A stretch of DNA of 64,000 nucleotides from Eledone cirrhosa (Eukaryota). The notes under the pieces are model-generated. The model was given only the letters and a program-made list of their open reading frames with translations. It ran no database searches and was not told the DNA's origin. Each line of letters starts with the position of its first letter. Position 1 is the stretch's first letter. A program made the position numbers and the translations under genes. The stretch spans positions 29,760,001 through 29,824,000 of the forward strand of contig OZ024760.1 in assembly GCA_964016885.1 (NCBI GenBank). The letters run 5' to 3'. Below, piece by piece: positions 26,527 to 42,600 of the stretch.

Positions 26527-29500
26527 GTTTGTAATGTAATGTAATGTAATGTAATTTTTAATGTAACGTAATGTAATTTAATGTAATGTAATGTGTAATG
26601 TAATGTAATGTAATGAAAATGTAATGTAATGTGTAATGTAATGTGTAATGTAATGTGTAATGTAATGTAATGTAATGTAATGTGTAATGTAATGTAATGT
26701 AATGTAATGTAATGTAATGTTTAATGTAGTGTAATGTAATGTAATGTAATGTAATGTAATGTTTAATGTAATGTGATGTAATGTAATATAATTTTGAATG
26801 TAATGTAATGTAATGTAATGTAATGTAATGTAATGTAATGTAATGTAATGTAGTGTAATGTAATGAAATGTAATGTAATGTGTAATGTAATGTAATGTAA
26901 TGTAATGTAATGTAATGTGTAATGTAATGTAATGTAATGTAATGTGTAATGAGATGTAATGTAATGTAATGTATTGTTTAATGTAATGTAATGTGTAATA
27001 TAATGTAATGTAATGTAATGTGTAATGTAATGTAATATAATGTAATGTAATGTGTAATGTAATGTAATGTAATGTAATGTAATGTGTAATGTAATGTAAT
27101 GTAATGTAATGTAATGTAATGTAATGTAATGTAATGTAATGTAATGTAATGTGTAATGTAATGTAATGTAATGTAATGTAATGTAATGTTTAATGAGATG
27201 TAATGTAATGTAATGTAATGTAATGTTTAATGTAATGTAACGTGTAATATAATGTAATGTAATGTAATGTGTAATGTAATGTAATATAATGTAATGTAAT
27301 GTAATGTAATGTAATGTAATGTAATGTAATGTAATGTGTAATGTAATGTAATGTAATGTAATGTAATGTAATGTAATGAAATGTGTAATGTAATGTAATG
27401 TAATGTAATGTAATGTAATGTAATGTGTAATGTAATGTAATGTAATGTAATGTAATGTAATCTGTAATGTAATTTAATGTAATGTAATGTAATGTAATGT
27501 AATGTAATGTAATGTGTAATGTAATGTAATGTAATGTAAAGTAATGTGTAATGTAATGTAATGCGATGTAATGTAATGTAATGTAATGTAATGTAATGTA
27601 ATGTAATGTAATGTAATGTAATGTGTTATGTAATGTAATGTAATGTAATGTAATGTAATGTAATGTAATGTGTAATGTAATGTAATGTAATGTAACGTGT
27701 AATGTAATGTAATGTAATGTAATGTAATGTGTAATGTAATGTAATGTAATGTAATGTAATGTAATGTAATGTGTAATGTAATGTAATGTAATGTAATGTA
27801 ATGTAATGTAATGTGTAATGTAATGTAATGTAATGTAATGTAATGTAATGTGTAATGTAATGTAATGTAATGTAATGTAATGTAAAATGTAATGTAATGT
27901 AATGTAATGTGTAATGTAATGTAATGTAATGTAATGTAATGTAATGTAATGTGTAATGTAATGTGTAATGTAATGTAATGTAATGTAATGTATTGTAATG
28001 TAATATGTAATGTAATGTAATGTAATGTAATGTGGAATGTAATGTAATGTAATGTAGTGTGTAATGTAATGTAATGTGTAATTTAATGTACTGTAATGTA
28101 ATGTAATGTAATGTAATGTGTAATGTAATGTGTAATGTAATGTAATGTAATGTAATGTAATATAATGTGTAATGTAATGTAATGTAATGTGTAATGTAAT
28201 GTAATGTAATGTAATTTAATGTAATGTAATGTAATGTGTAATGTAATGTGTAATGTAATGTAATGTAACGTAATGTGTAATGTAATGTAATGTAATGTAA
28301 TGTAATGTAATTTAATGTGTAATGTAATGTAATGTAATGTAATTTAATGTGTAATGTAATGTAATGTAATGTAATGTGTAATGTAATGTAATGTAATGTA
28401 ATGTAATTTAATGTAATGTAATGTAATGTGTAATGTAATGTAATATGTAATGTAATGTGTAATGTAATGTAATGTAACGTAATGTGTAATGTAATGTAAT
28501 GTAATGTAATGTAATGTAATTTAATGTGTAATGTAATGTAATGTCATGTAATGTGTAATGTAATGTAATGTAATGTAATGTAATGTGTAATGTAATATAA
28601 TGTAATGTAATGTAATGTGTAATGTAATGTAATGTAATGTAATGTAATGTAATGTAATGTAATGTAATGTGTAATGAGATGTAATGTAATGTAATGTATT
28701 GTTTAATGTAATGTAATGTGTAATATAATGTAATGTAATGTAATGTGTAATGTAATGTAATATAATGTAATGTAATGTGTAATGTAATGTAATGTAATGT
28801 AATGTAATGTAATGTAATGTAATGTAATGTAATGTAATGTAATGTAATGTAATGTAATGTAATGTAATGTAATGTAATGTAATGTAATGTGTAATGTAAT
28901 GTAATGTAATGTAATGTAATGTAATGTAATGTAATGTAATGTAGTGTTTAATGTAATGTAACGTGTAATATAATGTAATGTAATGTAATGTGTAATGTAA
29001 TGTAATATAATGTAATGTAATGTAATGTAATGTAATGTAATGTAATGTAATGTAATGTAATGTGTAATGTAATGTAATGTAATGTAATGTAATGTAATGT
29101 AATGTAATGAAATGTGTAATGTAATGTAATGTAATGTAATGTAATGTAATGTAATGTGTAATGTAATGTAATGTAATGTAATGTAATGTAATCTGTAATG
29201 TAATTTAATGTAATGTAATGTAATGTAATGTAATGTAATGTAATGTAATGTGTAATGTAATGTAATGTAATGTAAAGTAATGTGTAATGTAATGTAATGT
29301 AATGTAATGTAATGTAATGTAATGTAATGTAATGTAATGTAATGTAATGTAATGTGTTATGTAATGTAATGTAATGTAATGTAATGTAATGTAATGTAAT
29401 GTGTAATGTAATGTAATGTAATGTAATGTAATGTAACGTGTAATGTAATGTAATGTAATGTAATGTGTAATGTAATGTAATGTAATGTAATGTAATATAA

Positions 29501-32500
29501 TGTGTAATGTAATGTAATGTAATGTAATGTAATGTAATGTGTAATGTAATGTAATGTAATGTAATGTAATGTAATGTAATGTGTAATGTAATGTAATGTA
29601 ATGTAATGTAATGTGTAATGTAATGTAATGTAATGTAATGTAATGTGTAATGTAATGTAATGTAATGTATTGTAATGTAATATGTAATGTAATGTAATGT
29701 AATGTAATGTTGAATGTAATGTAATGTAATGTAGTGTGTAATGTAATGTAATGTGTAATTTAATGTACTGTAATGTAATGTAATGTAATGTAATGTAATG
29801 TGTAATGTAATGTGTAATGTAATGTAATGTAATGTAATGTAATATAATGTGTAATGTAATGTAATGTAATGTGTAATGTAATGTAATGTAATGTAATTTA
29901 ATGTAATGTAATGTAATGTGTAATGTAATGTGTAATGTAATGTAATGTAATGTAATGTAATGTAATTTAATGTGTAATGTAATGTAATGTAATGTAATGT
30001 AATGTGTAATGTAATGTAATGTAATGTAATGTAATTTAATGTAATGTAATGTAATGTGTAATGTAATGTAATATGTAATGTAATGTAATGTGTAATGTAA
30101 TGTAATGTAATGACATGTAATGTGTAATGTAATGTAATGTAATGTAATGTGTAATGTAATATAATGTAATGCAATGCAATGCAATGTAATGTAATGTAAT
30201 GTAATGTAATGTAATGTAATGTAATGTAATGTAATGTAATGTAATGTAATGTAATGTAATGTAATGTAATGTAATGTAATGTAATGTAATGTAATGTAAT
30301 GTGTAATGTAATGTAATGTAATGTAACGTGTAATGTAATGTAATGTAATGTAATGTGTAATGTAATGTAATGTAATGTAATGTGTAATGTAATGTAATGT
30401 AATGTAATGTAATGTAATGTAATGTGTAATGTAATGTAATGTAATGTAATGTAATGTAAAATGTAATGTAATGTAATGTAATGTGTAATGTAATGTAATG
30501 TAATGTAATGTAATGTGTAATGTAATGTAATGTAATGTGTAATGTAATGTAATGTAATGTAATGTATTGTAATGTAATATGTAATGTAATGTAATGTAAT
30601 GTAATGTGGAGTGTAATGTAATGTAATGTAGTGTGTAATGTAATGTGTAATTTAATGTACTGTAATGTAATGTAATGTAATGTAATGTAATGTGTAATGT
30701 AATGTGTAATGTAATGTAATGTAATGTAATGTAATATAATGTGTAATGTAATGTAATGTAATGTGTAATGTAATGTAATGTAATGTAATTTAATGTAATG
30801 TAATGTAATGTGTAATGTAATGTGTAATGTAATGTAATGTAACGTAATGTGTAATGTAATGTAATGCAATGTAATGTAATGTAATGTGTAATGTAATGTA
30901 ATGTAATGTAATGTAATGTGTAATGTAATGTAATGTAATGTAATTTAATGTAATGTAATGTAATGTGTAATGTAATGTAATGTAATGTGTAATGTAATGT
31001 AATGTGTAATGTAATGTAATGTAATGTAATGTCATGTAATGTGTAATGTAATGTAATGTAACGTAATGTAATGTAATGTAATGTAATGTGTAATGTAATG
31101 TGTAATGTAATGTAATGTAATGTAAAGTAATATATGTAATGCAATGTAATGTAATGTAATCTAATGTAATGTAATGTAATGTGTAATGTAATGTAATGTA
31201 ATATAATGTAATGTTATGTAATGTAACGTGTAATGTAATGTAATGTAATGTAATGTGTAATGTAATGTAATGTAATGTAATGTAATGTAATGTGTAAGGT
31301 AATGTAATGTAATGTAAGGTAATGTAATGTAATGTGTAATGTGTAATGTAATGTAATGTGTAATGTGAAATGTAATGTAATGTAATGTAATGTTTAATTT
31401 AATGTAATGTAATGTGTAATGTAATGTAATGTAATGTAATGTAATGTAATGTAATGTAATGTAATGTGTAATGTAATGTAATGTAATGTAATGTAATGTT
31501 TAATGTAGTGTAATGTAATGTAATGTAATGTAATGTAATGTTTAATGTAATGTAATGTAATGTAATGTAATGTAATGTAATGTAATGTAATGTAATGTAA
31601 TGTAATGTAATGTAGTGTAATGTAATGAAATGTAATGTAATGTGTAATGTAATGTAATGTAATGTAATGTAATGTGTAATGTAATGTAATGTAATGTGTA
31701 ATGAGATGTAATGTAATGTAATGTAATGTTTAATGTAATGTAATGTGTAATATAATGTAATGTAAAGTAATGTGTAATGTAATGTAATATAATGTAATGT
31801 AATGTGTAATGTAATGTAATGTAATGTAATGTAATGTAATGTAATGTGTAATGTAATGTAATGTAATGTAATGTAATGTAATGTAATGTAATGTAATGTA
31901 ATGTAATGTAATGTAATGTAATGTAATGTTTAATGAGATGTAATGTAACGTAATGTAATGTTTAATGTAATGTAATGTGTAATATAATGTAATGTAATGT
32001 AATGTGTAATGTAATGTAATATAATGTAATGTAATGTAATGTAATGTAATGTAATGTAATGTAATGTGTAATTTAATGTAATGTAATGTAATGTAATGTA
32101 ATGTAATGTAATGTAAAATGTAATGTAATGTAATGTAATGTAATGTAATGTAATGTAATGTAATGTAATGTGTAATGTAATGTAATGTAATGTAATGTAA
32201 TCTGTAATGTAATTTAATGTAATGTAATGTAATGTAATGTAATGTAATGTAATGTGTAATGTAATGTAATGTAATGTAATGTAATGTAATGTAAAGTAAT
32301 GTGTAATGTAATGTAATGTAATGTAATGTAATGTAATATAATGTAATGTAATGTAATGTAATGTAATGTAATGTAATGTAATGTAATGTAAAATGTAATG
32401 TAATGTAATGTAATGTAATGTAATGTAATGTAACGTAATGTAATGTAATGTGTAATGTAATGTAATGTAATGTAATGTAATCTGTAATGTAATTTAATGT

Positions 32501-34277
32501 AATGTAATGTAATGTAATGTAATGTAATGTAATGTAATGTGTAATGTAATGTAATGTAATGTAATGTAAAATAATGTGTAATGTAATGTAATGTAATGTA
32601 ATGTAATGTAATATAATGTAATGTAATGTAATGTAATGTAGTGTGTAATGTAACGTGTAATGTAATGTAATGTAATGTAATGTAATGTGTAATGTAATGT
32701 AATGTAATGTAATGTAATGTAATGTAATGTAATGTAATGTGTAACGTAATGTAATGTAATGTAATGTGTAACGTAATGTAATGTAATGTAATGTAATGTG
32801 TAATGTAATGTAATGTAATGTATAATGTAATGTAATGTAATGTGTAATGTAATGTAATGTAATGTAATGTAATGTAATGTAATGTAATGTAATGTAATGT
32901 AATGTAATGTGTAATGTAATGTAATGTAATGTGTAATGTAATGTAATGTAATGTATTGTAATGTAATATGTAATGTAATGTAATGTGTAATGTAATGTAA
33001 TGTAATGTAGTGTGTAATGTAATGTAATGTGTAATTTAATGTACTGTAATGTAATGTAATGTAATGTAATGTGTCATGTAATGTGTAATGTAATGTAATG
33101 TAATGTAATGTAATATAATGTGTAATGTAATGTAGTGTGTAATGTAATGTAATGTAATGTAATTTAATGTAATGTAATGTAATGCGTAATGTAATGTAAC
33201 GTAATGTAATGTGTAATGTAATGTAATGTAATGTAATGTAATGTGTAATGTAATGTAATGCAATGTAATGTAATGTGTAATGTAATGTAATGTAATGTAA
33301 TGTAATTTAATGTAATGTAATGTGTAATGTAATGTAATGTAATGTGTAATGTAATGTAATGTGTAATGTAATGTAATGTAATGTGTAATGTAATGTAATG
33401 TCATGTAATGTGTAATGTAATGTAATGTAATGTAATGTGTAATGTAATGTGTAATGTAATGTAATGTAATGTAATGTAAAGTAATATATGTAATGCAATG
33501 TAATGTAATGTAATCTAATGTAATGTAATGTAATGTGTAATGTAATGTAATGTAATGTGTAATGTAATGTAATGTAATGTAATGTAATGTAATGTGTAAT
33601 GTAATGTAATGTGTAATGTAATGTAATGTGTAATGTAATGTAATATAATGTAATGTAATGTAATGTAACGTGTAATGTAATGTAATGTAATGTAATGTGT
33701 AATGTAATGTAATGTAATGTAATGTAATGTGTAAGGTAATGTAATGTAAAGTAATGTAATGTGTAATGTGTAATGTAATGTGTAATGTGAAATGTAATGT
33801 AATGTAATGTAATGTGTAATTTAATGTAATGTGTAATGTAATGTAACGTAATGTGTAATGTAATGTAATGTAGTGTGTAATGTAATGTAATGTAATGTAA
33901 TGTGTAATGTAATGTAATGTAATGTAATGTGTAATGTAATGTAATGTAATGTGTAATGTAATGTAATGTAATATAATGTAATGTAATGTAATGTAATGTG
34001 TAATGAAATGTAATGTAATGTAATGTGTAATGTAATGTAATATAATGTAATGTGTAAGGTAATGTAATGTAATGTAATGTAATGTAATGTAATGTGTAAT
34101 GTAATGTAATGTAATGTAATGGGTAATGTAATGTAATGTAATGTAATTTGTAATGTAATGTAATGTAATGTCATGTAATGTGTAATGTAATGTAATGTAA
34201 TGGAACGTGTAATGTAATGTGTAATGTAATGTAATGTAATGTGTAATGTGATGTAATGTATTGTAATGTAATGTAAT

Positions 34278-34461
34278 TGTTTCTAATTTAGGAACAAGGG
34301 CAGCAATTACCCTGTGCATTACTGGTACTTTATTTTATCGACCCCATAAGGATGAAAAGCAAAGTCAACCTCGGTGGGATTTGAACTCAGATCGTAAAGG
34401 GACGTAACTATGCTGGAAAGCATGGCGTCCGACCCTCTACCGATACTGCCAATCCACCGCC
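34278..34461 (-). mobile_element. SINE copy 9 (lineage A, undeleted form, 184 bp)
   Basis: Has lineage A flanks, retains the 8 bp segment (AGGAACAAGGGCAGC) and carries the CCCATAAGG variant shared with copy 12. Confidence 0.9.
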
Positions 34462-35104
34462 GTTTGTAATGTAATGTAATGTAATGTAATGTAATGTAAT
34501 TTTTAATGTAACGTAATGTAATTTAATGTTATGTAATGTGTAATGTAATGTAATGTAATGAAAATGTAATGTAATGTGTAATGTAATGTGTAATGTAATG
34601 TAATGTGTAATGTAATGTAATGTGTAATGTAATGTAATGTAATGTAATGTGTAATGTAATGTAATGTAATGTTTAATGTAGTGTAATGTAATGTAATGTA
34701 ATGTAATGTGTAATGTAATGTAATGTGTATTGTGTAATGTAATGTAATGTAATATAATGTAATGTAATGTAATCTAATGTGTAATGAAATGTAATGTAAT
34801 GTGTAATGTAATGTAATGTAATGTAATGTGTAAGGTAATGTGATGTAATGTAATGTGTAATGTAATGTAATGTAATGTGTAATGTAATGTAATGTAATTT
34901 AATCTAATGTAATGTAATGTGTAATGTAATGTAATGTGTAATGTAATGTAATGTAATGTGTAATGTAATGTAATGTAATTTGTAATGTAATGTAATGTAA
35001 TGTAATGTGTAATGTAATGTAATGTAATGGAATGTGTAATGTAATGTGTAATGTAATGTAATGTAATGTGTAATGTAATGTAATGTATTGTTATGTAATG
35101 TAAT

Positions 35105-35288
35105 TGTTTCTAATTTAGGCACAAGGGCAGCAATTACCCTGTGCATTACTGGTACTTTATTTTATCGACCCCGTAAGGATGAAAAGCAAAGTCTATCTCG
35201 GTGGGATTTGAACTCAGATCGTAAAGGGACGTAACTATGCTGGAAAGCATGGCGTCCGACCCTCTACCGATACTGCCAATCCACCGCC
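35105..35288 (-). mobile_element. SINE copy 10 (lineage A, undeleted form, 184 bp)
   Basis: Has lineage A flanks, AGGCACAAGGGCAGC and a private GTCTATCTCGG variant. Confidence 0.9.
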
Positions 35289-36679
35289 GTTTGTAATGTA
35301 ATGTAATGTAATGTAATGTAATTTTTAATGTAACGTAATGTAATTTAATGTAATGAAATGTGTAATGTAATGTAATGTAATGAAAATGTAATGTAATGTG
35401 TAATGTAATGTGTAATGTAATGTAATGTGTAATGTAATGTAATGTAATGTAATGTGTAATGTAATGTAATGTAATGTAATGTAATGTTTAATGTAGTGTA
35501 ATGTAATGTAATGTAACGTAATGTAATGTAATGTAATGTTTAATGTAATGTAATGTAATGTAATGTAATATTTAATGTAATGTAATGTAATGTAATGTAA
35601 TGTAATTTAATGTGTAATGTAATGTAATGTAATGTAATGTAATGTAATGTAATGTAGTGTAATGTAATGAAATGTAATGTAATGTGTAATGTAATGTAAT
35701 GTAATGTAATGTAATGTAATGTGTAATGTAATGTAATATAATGTAATGTGTAATGTAATGTAATGTAATGTAATTTAATGTAATGTAATGTAATGTAATG
35801 TAATGTAATGTAATGTAATGTAATGTAATGTAATGTAATGTAATGTAATGTTTAATGAGATGTAATGTAATGTAACGTAATGTTTAATGTAATGTAATGT
35901 GTAATATAATGTAATGTAATGTAATGTGTAATGTAATGTAATATAATGTAATGTAATGTGTAATGTAATGTAATGTAATGTAATGTAATGTAATGTGTAA
36001 TGTAATGTAATGTAATGTAATGTAATGTAATGTAATGTAATGTAATGTGTAATGTAATGTAATGTAATGTAATGTAATGTAATGTAATGTAATGTAATGT
36101 GTAATGTAATGTAATGTAATGTAATATAATGTAATGAAATGTAATGTGTAATGTAATGTAATGTAATGTAAAGTAATGTGTAATGTAATTTAATGTAATG
36201 TAATGTAATGTAATGTAATGTAATGTAATGTGTAATGTAACGCAATGTAATGTAATGTAATGTGTAATCTAATGTAATGTAATGTAATGTAATGTAATGT
36301 AATGTGTAATGTAATGTAATGTAATGTAATGTAATGTAATGTGTAATGTAATGTAATGTAATGTAATGTAATGTAATGTAATGTAATGTGTAATGTAATG
36401 TAATGTAATCTGTAATGTAATTTAATGTAATGTAATGTAATTTAATGTAATGTAATGTAATGTAATGTAATGTAATGTAATGTAATGTAATGTAATGTAA
36501 TATGTAATGTAATGTAATGTAATTTAATGTAATGTAATGTGTAATGTAATGTAATCTAATGAAAATGTAATGTAATGTGTAATGTAATGTGTAATGTAAT
36601 GTAATGTGTAATGTAATGTAATGTAATGTAATGTAATGTAATGTAATGTGTAATGTAATGTAATGTAATGTGTAATGTA

Positions 36680-39600
36680 ATGTAATGTAATGTAATGTAA
36701 TGTAATGTGTCATGTAGTGTAAAGTAATGTAATGTAATGTAATATGTAATGTAATGTAATGTAATGTAATGTAATGTAATGTAATGTGTAATGTAATGTA
36801 ATGTGTAATGTAATGTAATGTAATGTAATGTAATCTAATGTAACGTAATGTAATGTGTAATGTAATGTAATGTAATGTAATGTAATGTAATGTAATGTAA
36901 TGTGTAATGTAATGTAATGTAATGTAATGTGTAATGTAATGTAATGTAATGTAATGTAACGTGTAATGTAATGTAATGTAATGTAATGTAATGTAATGTA
37001 ATGTAATGTAATGTAATGTGTAATGTAATGTAGTGTAATGTAATGTAATGTAATGTAATGTAATGTAATGTAATGTGTAATGTAATGTAATGTAATGTAA
37101 TATAATGTAATGTAATGTGTAATGTAATGTAATGTAATGTAATGTATAATGTAATGTAATGTAATGTAATGTGTAATGTATTGTAATGTAATGTAATTTA
37201 ATGTAATGTAATGTAATGTAATGTAATGTAATGTAATGTAATGTAATGTAATGTAATGTAATGTAATGTAATGTAATGTAATGTAATGTAATGTTTAATG
37301 AGATGTAATGTAATGTAACGTAATGTTTAATGTAATGTAATGTGTAATATAATGTAATGTAATGTAATGTGTAATGTAATGTAATATAATGTAATGTAAT
37401 GTGTAATGTAATGTAATGTAATCTAATGTAATGTGTAACATAATATAATGTAATGTAACGTACTATGTAATGTAATGTAATGTAATGTAATGTAATGTGT
37501 CATGTAGTGTAATGTAATGTAATGTAATGTAATATGTAATGTAATGTAATGTAATGTAATGTAATGTAATGTAATGTGTAATGTAATGTAATGTGTAATG
37601 TAATGTAATGTAATGTAATGTAATCTAATGTAACGTAATGTAATGTGTAATGTAATGTAATGTAATGTAATGTAATGTAATGTAATGTAATGTGTAATGT
37701 AATGTAATGTAATGTAATGTGTAATGTAATGTAATGTAATGTAACGTGTAATGTAATGTAATGTAATGTAATGTAATGTAATGTAATGTAATGTGTAATG
37801 TAATGTAGTGTAATGTAATGTAATGTAATGTAATGTAATGTAATGTAATGTAATGTGTAATGTAATGTAATGTAATGTAATGTAATGTATAATGTAATGT
37901 AATGTAATGTAATGTGTAATGTAATGTAATGTAATGTAATGTGTAATGTAATGTAATGTAATGTGTAATGTAATGTAATGTAATGTGTAATGTAATGTAG
38001 TGTGTAATGTAATGTAATGTAATGTAGTGTGTAATGTAATGTAATGTAATGTGTAATGTAATGTAATGTAATGTAATATAATGTGTAATGTAATGTAATG
38101 TGTAATGTAATGTAATGTAATGTAATGTAATGTAATGTTTAATGTAGTGTAAAGTAATGTAATGTAACGTAATGTAATGTAATGTAATGTTTAATGTAAT
38201 GTAATGTAATGTAATGTAATATTTAATGTAATGTAATGTAATGTAATGTAATGTAATGTAATGTAATGTAATATAATGTGTAATGTAATGTAATGTAATG
38301 TAATGTAATGTAATGTAATGTAATGTAGTGTAATGTAATGAAATGTAATGTAATGTGTAATGTAAAGTAATGTAATGTAATGTAATGTAATGTGTAATGT
38401 AATGTAATGTAATGTAATGTGTAATGTAATGTAATGTAATGTAATTTAATGTAATGTAATGTAATGTAATGTAATGTAATGTAATGTAATGTAATGTAAT
38501 GTAATGTAATGTAATGTAATGTATGTTTAATGAGATGTAATGTAATATAACGTAATGTTTAATGTAATGTAATGTGTAATATAATGTAATGTAATGTAAT
38601 GTGTAATGTAATGTAATATAATGTAATGTAATGTGTAATGTAATGTAATGTAATGTAATGTAATGTGTAATGTAATGTAATGTAATGTAATGTGTAATGT
38701 AATGTAATGTAATGTAATGTGTAATGTAATGTAATGTAATGTAATGTAATGTGTAATGTAATGTAATGTAATGTAATGTAATGTAATGTAATGTGTAATG
38801 TAATGTAATGTAATGTAATGTAATGTAATGTGTAATGTAATTTAATGTAATGTAATGTAATGTAATGTAATGTAATGTAATGTAATGTAATGTAATGTGT
38901 AATGTAACGCAATGTAATGTAATGTAATGTGTAATCTAATGTAATGTAATGTAATGTAATGTAATGTAATGTAATGTAATGTAATGTAATGTGTAATGTG
39001 TAATGTAATGTAATGTAATGTGTAATGTAATGTAATGTAATGTGTAATCTAATGTAATGTAATTTAATGTAATGTAATGTAATTTAATGTAATGTAATGT
39101 AATGTAATGTAATGTAATATGTAATGTAATGTAATGTAATTTAATGTAATGTAATGTGTAATGTAATGTAATGTAATGAAAATGTAATGTAATGTGTAAT
39201 GTAATGTGTAATGTAATGTAATGTGTAATGTAATGTAATGTAATGTAATGTAATGTAATGTAATGTAATGTGTAATGTAATGTAATGTAATGTAATGTAA
39301 TGTAATGTAATGTAATGTAATGTGTAATGTAATGTAATGTAATGTAATGTGTAATGTATTGTAATGTAATGTAATGTAATGTAATGTAATGTAATGTAAT
39401 GTAATGTAATGTAATGTAATGTAATGTAATGTAATGTTTAATGAGATGTAATGTAATGTAACGTAATGTTTAATGTAATGTAATGTGTAATATAATGTAA
39501 TGTAATGTAATGTGTAATGTAATGTAATATAATGTAATGTAAAGTGTAATGTAATGTAATGTAATCTAATGTAATGTGTAACATAATATAATGTAATGTA

Positions 39601-42600
39601 ACGTAATATGTAATGTAATGTAATGTAATGTAATGTAATGTGTCACGTAGTGTAATGTAATGTAATGTAATGTAATATGTAATGTAATGTAATGTGTAAT
39701 GTAGTGTAATGTAATGTAATGTAATGTAATGTAATGTGTAATGTAATGTAATGTGTAATGTAATGTAATGTAATGTAATGTAATGTAATGTAATGTAATG
39801 TAATCTAATGTAACGTAATGTAATGTGTAATGTAATGTAATGTAATGTAATGTAATGTAACGTAATGTAATGTGTAATGTAATGTAATGTAATGTAATGT
39901 GTAATGTAATGTAATGTAATGTAATGTAACGTGTAATGTAATGTAATGTAATGTAATGTGTAATGTAATGTAATGTAATGTAATGTAATGTGTAATGTAA
40001 TGTAGTGTAATGTAATGTAATGTAATGTAATGTAATGTAATGTAATGTGTAATGTAATGTAATGTAATGTAATGTAATGTGTAATGTAATGTAATGTAAT
40101 GTAATGTAATGTATAATGTAATGTAATGTAATGTAATGTAATGTGTAATGTAATGTAATGTAATGTAATGTGTAATGTAATGTAATGTAATGTGTAATGT
40201 AATGTAATGTAATGTAATGTAATGTGTAATGTAATGTAATGTAATGTAATGTGTAATGTAATGTAGTGTGTAATGTAAGGTAATGTAATGTAGTGTGTAA
40301 TGTAATGTAATGTAATGTGTAATGTAATGTGTAATGTAATGTAATGTAATGTAATATAATGTGTAATGTAATGTAATGTGTAATGTAATGTAATGTAATG
40401 TAATGTAATGTAATGTAATGTAATGTAATTTAATGTAATGTAATGTAATGTGTAATGTAATGTAATGTAATGTGTAATGTAATGTAATGTAATGTAATGT
40501 GTAATGTAATGTAATGTAATGTAATGTAATGTAATGTAATGTAATGTGTAATGTAATGTAATGTAATGTAATGTGTAATGTAGTGTAATGTAATGTAATG
40601 TAATGTAATGTAATGTAATGTGTAATGTAATGTGTAATGTAATGTAATGTAATGTAATGTAATATATGTAATGTAATGTAATGCAATGTAATGTAATGTA
40701 ATGTGTAATGTAATGTAATGTAATGTGTAATGTAATGTAATGTAATGTAATGTAATGTAATGTAATGTGTAATGTAATCTAATGTGTAATGTAAAGTAAT
40801 GTAATGTAACGTAATGTAATGTAATGTAATGTGTAATGTAATGTAATCTAATGTAGTGTGTAATGTAATGTAATGTTATGTAATGTGTAATGTAATGTAA
40901 TGTAATGTTTAATCTAATGTAATGTAATGTAATGTAATGTGTAATGTAATGTAATGTAATGTAATGTAATGTAATGTGTAATGTAATGTAATGTGTAATA
41001 TAATGTAATGTAATGTAATGTAATGTAACGTGTAATGGAATCTAATGTAATGTAATGAAATGTGTAATGTAATGTAATGTAATGTAATGTAATGTAATGT
41101 AATGTAATGTAATGTAATGTGTAATGTAATGTAGTGTAATGTAATGTAATGTAATGTAATGTAATGTAATGTGTAATGTAATGTAATGTAATGTAATGTA
41201 ATGTAATGTAATGTGTAATGTAATGTAATGTAATGTAATGTAATGTATAATGTAATGTAATGTAATGTAATGTGTAATGTAATGTAATGTAATGTAATGT
41301 GTAATGTAATGTAATGTAATGTGTAATGTAATGTAATGTAATGTAATGTAATGTAATGTGTAATGTAATGTAATGTAATGTAATGTGTAATGTAATGTAG
41401 TGTGTAATGTAATGTAATGTAATGTAGTTTGCAATGTAATGTAATGTAATGTGTAATGTAATGTGTAATGTAATGTAATGTAATGTAATATAATGTGTAA
41501 TGTAATGTAATGTGTAATGTAATGTAATGTAATGTAATGTGTCATGTAGTGTAAAGTAATGTAATGTAATGTAATATGTAATGTAATGTAATGTAATGTA
41601 ATGTAATGTAATGTAATGTGTAATGTAATGTAATGTGTAATGTAATGTAATGTAATGTAATGTAATCTAATGTAACGTAATGTAATGTGTAATGTAATGT
41701 AATGTAATGTAATGTAATGTAATGTAATGTAATGTGTAATGTAATGTAATGTAATGTAATGTGTAATGTAATGTAATGTAATGTAATGTAACGTGTAATG
41801 TAATGTAATGTAATGTAATGTAATGTAATGTAATGTAATGTAATGTAATGTGTAATGTAATGTAGTGTAATGTAATGTAATGTAATGTAATGTAATGTAA
41901 TGTAATGTGTAATGTAATGTAATGTAATGTAATATAATGTAATGTAATGTGTAATGTAATGTAATGTAATGTAATGTATAATGTAATGTAATGTAATGTA
42001 ATGTGTAATGTATTGTAATGTAATGTAATTTAATGTAATGTAATGTAATGTAATGTAATGTAATGTAATGTAATGTAATGTAATGTAATGTAATGTAATG
42101 TAATGTAATGTAATGTAATGTAATGTTTAATGAGATGTAATGTAATGTAACGTAATGTTTAATGTAATGTAATGTGTAATATAATGTAATGTAATGTAAT
42201 GTGTAATGTAATGTAATATAATGTAATGTAATGTGTAATGTAATGTAATGTAATCTAATGTAATGTGTAACATAATATAATGTAATGTAACGTACTATGT
42301 AATGTAATGTAATGTAATGTAATGTAATGTGTCATGTAGTGTAATGTAATGTAATGTAATGTAATATGTAATGTAATGTAATGTAATGTAATGTAATGTA
42401 ATGTAATGTGTAATGTAATGTAATGTGTAATGTAATGTAATGTAATGTAATGTAATCTAATGTAACGTAATGTAATGTGTAATGTAATGTAATGTAATGT
42501 AATGTAATGTAATGTAATGTAATGTGTAATGTAATGTAATGTAATGTAATGTGTAATGTAATGTAATGTAATGTAACGTGTAATGTAATGTAATGTAATG

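Larger units (their letters stand above)
15200..28300. repeat. Near-perfect tandem duplication, period 6462 bp
   Basis: Identical ORF translations at 16317/22779, 17880/24342, 18160/24622 and 18905/25367, and SINEs at 19889/26351. All are offset by 6462 bp, or 6457 bp beyond about 27.5 kb. Confidence 0.93.
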
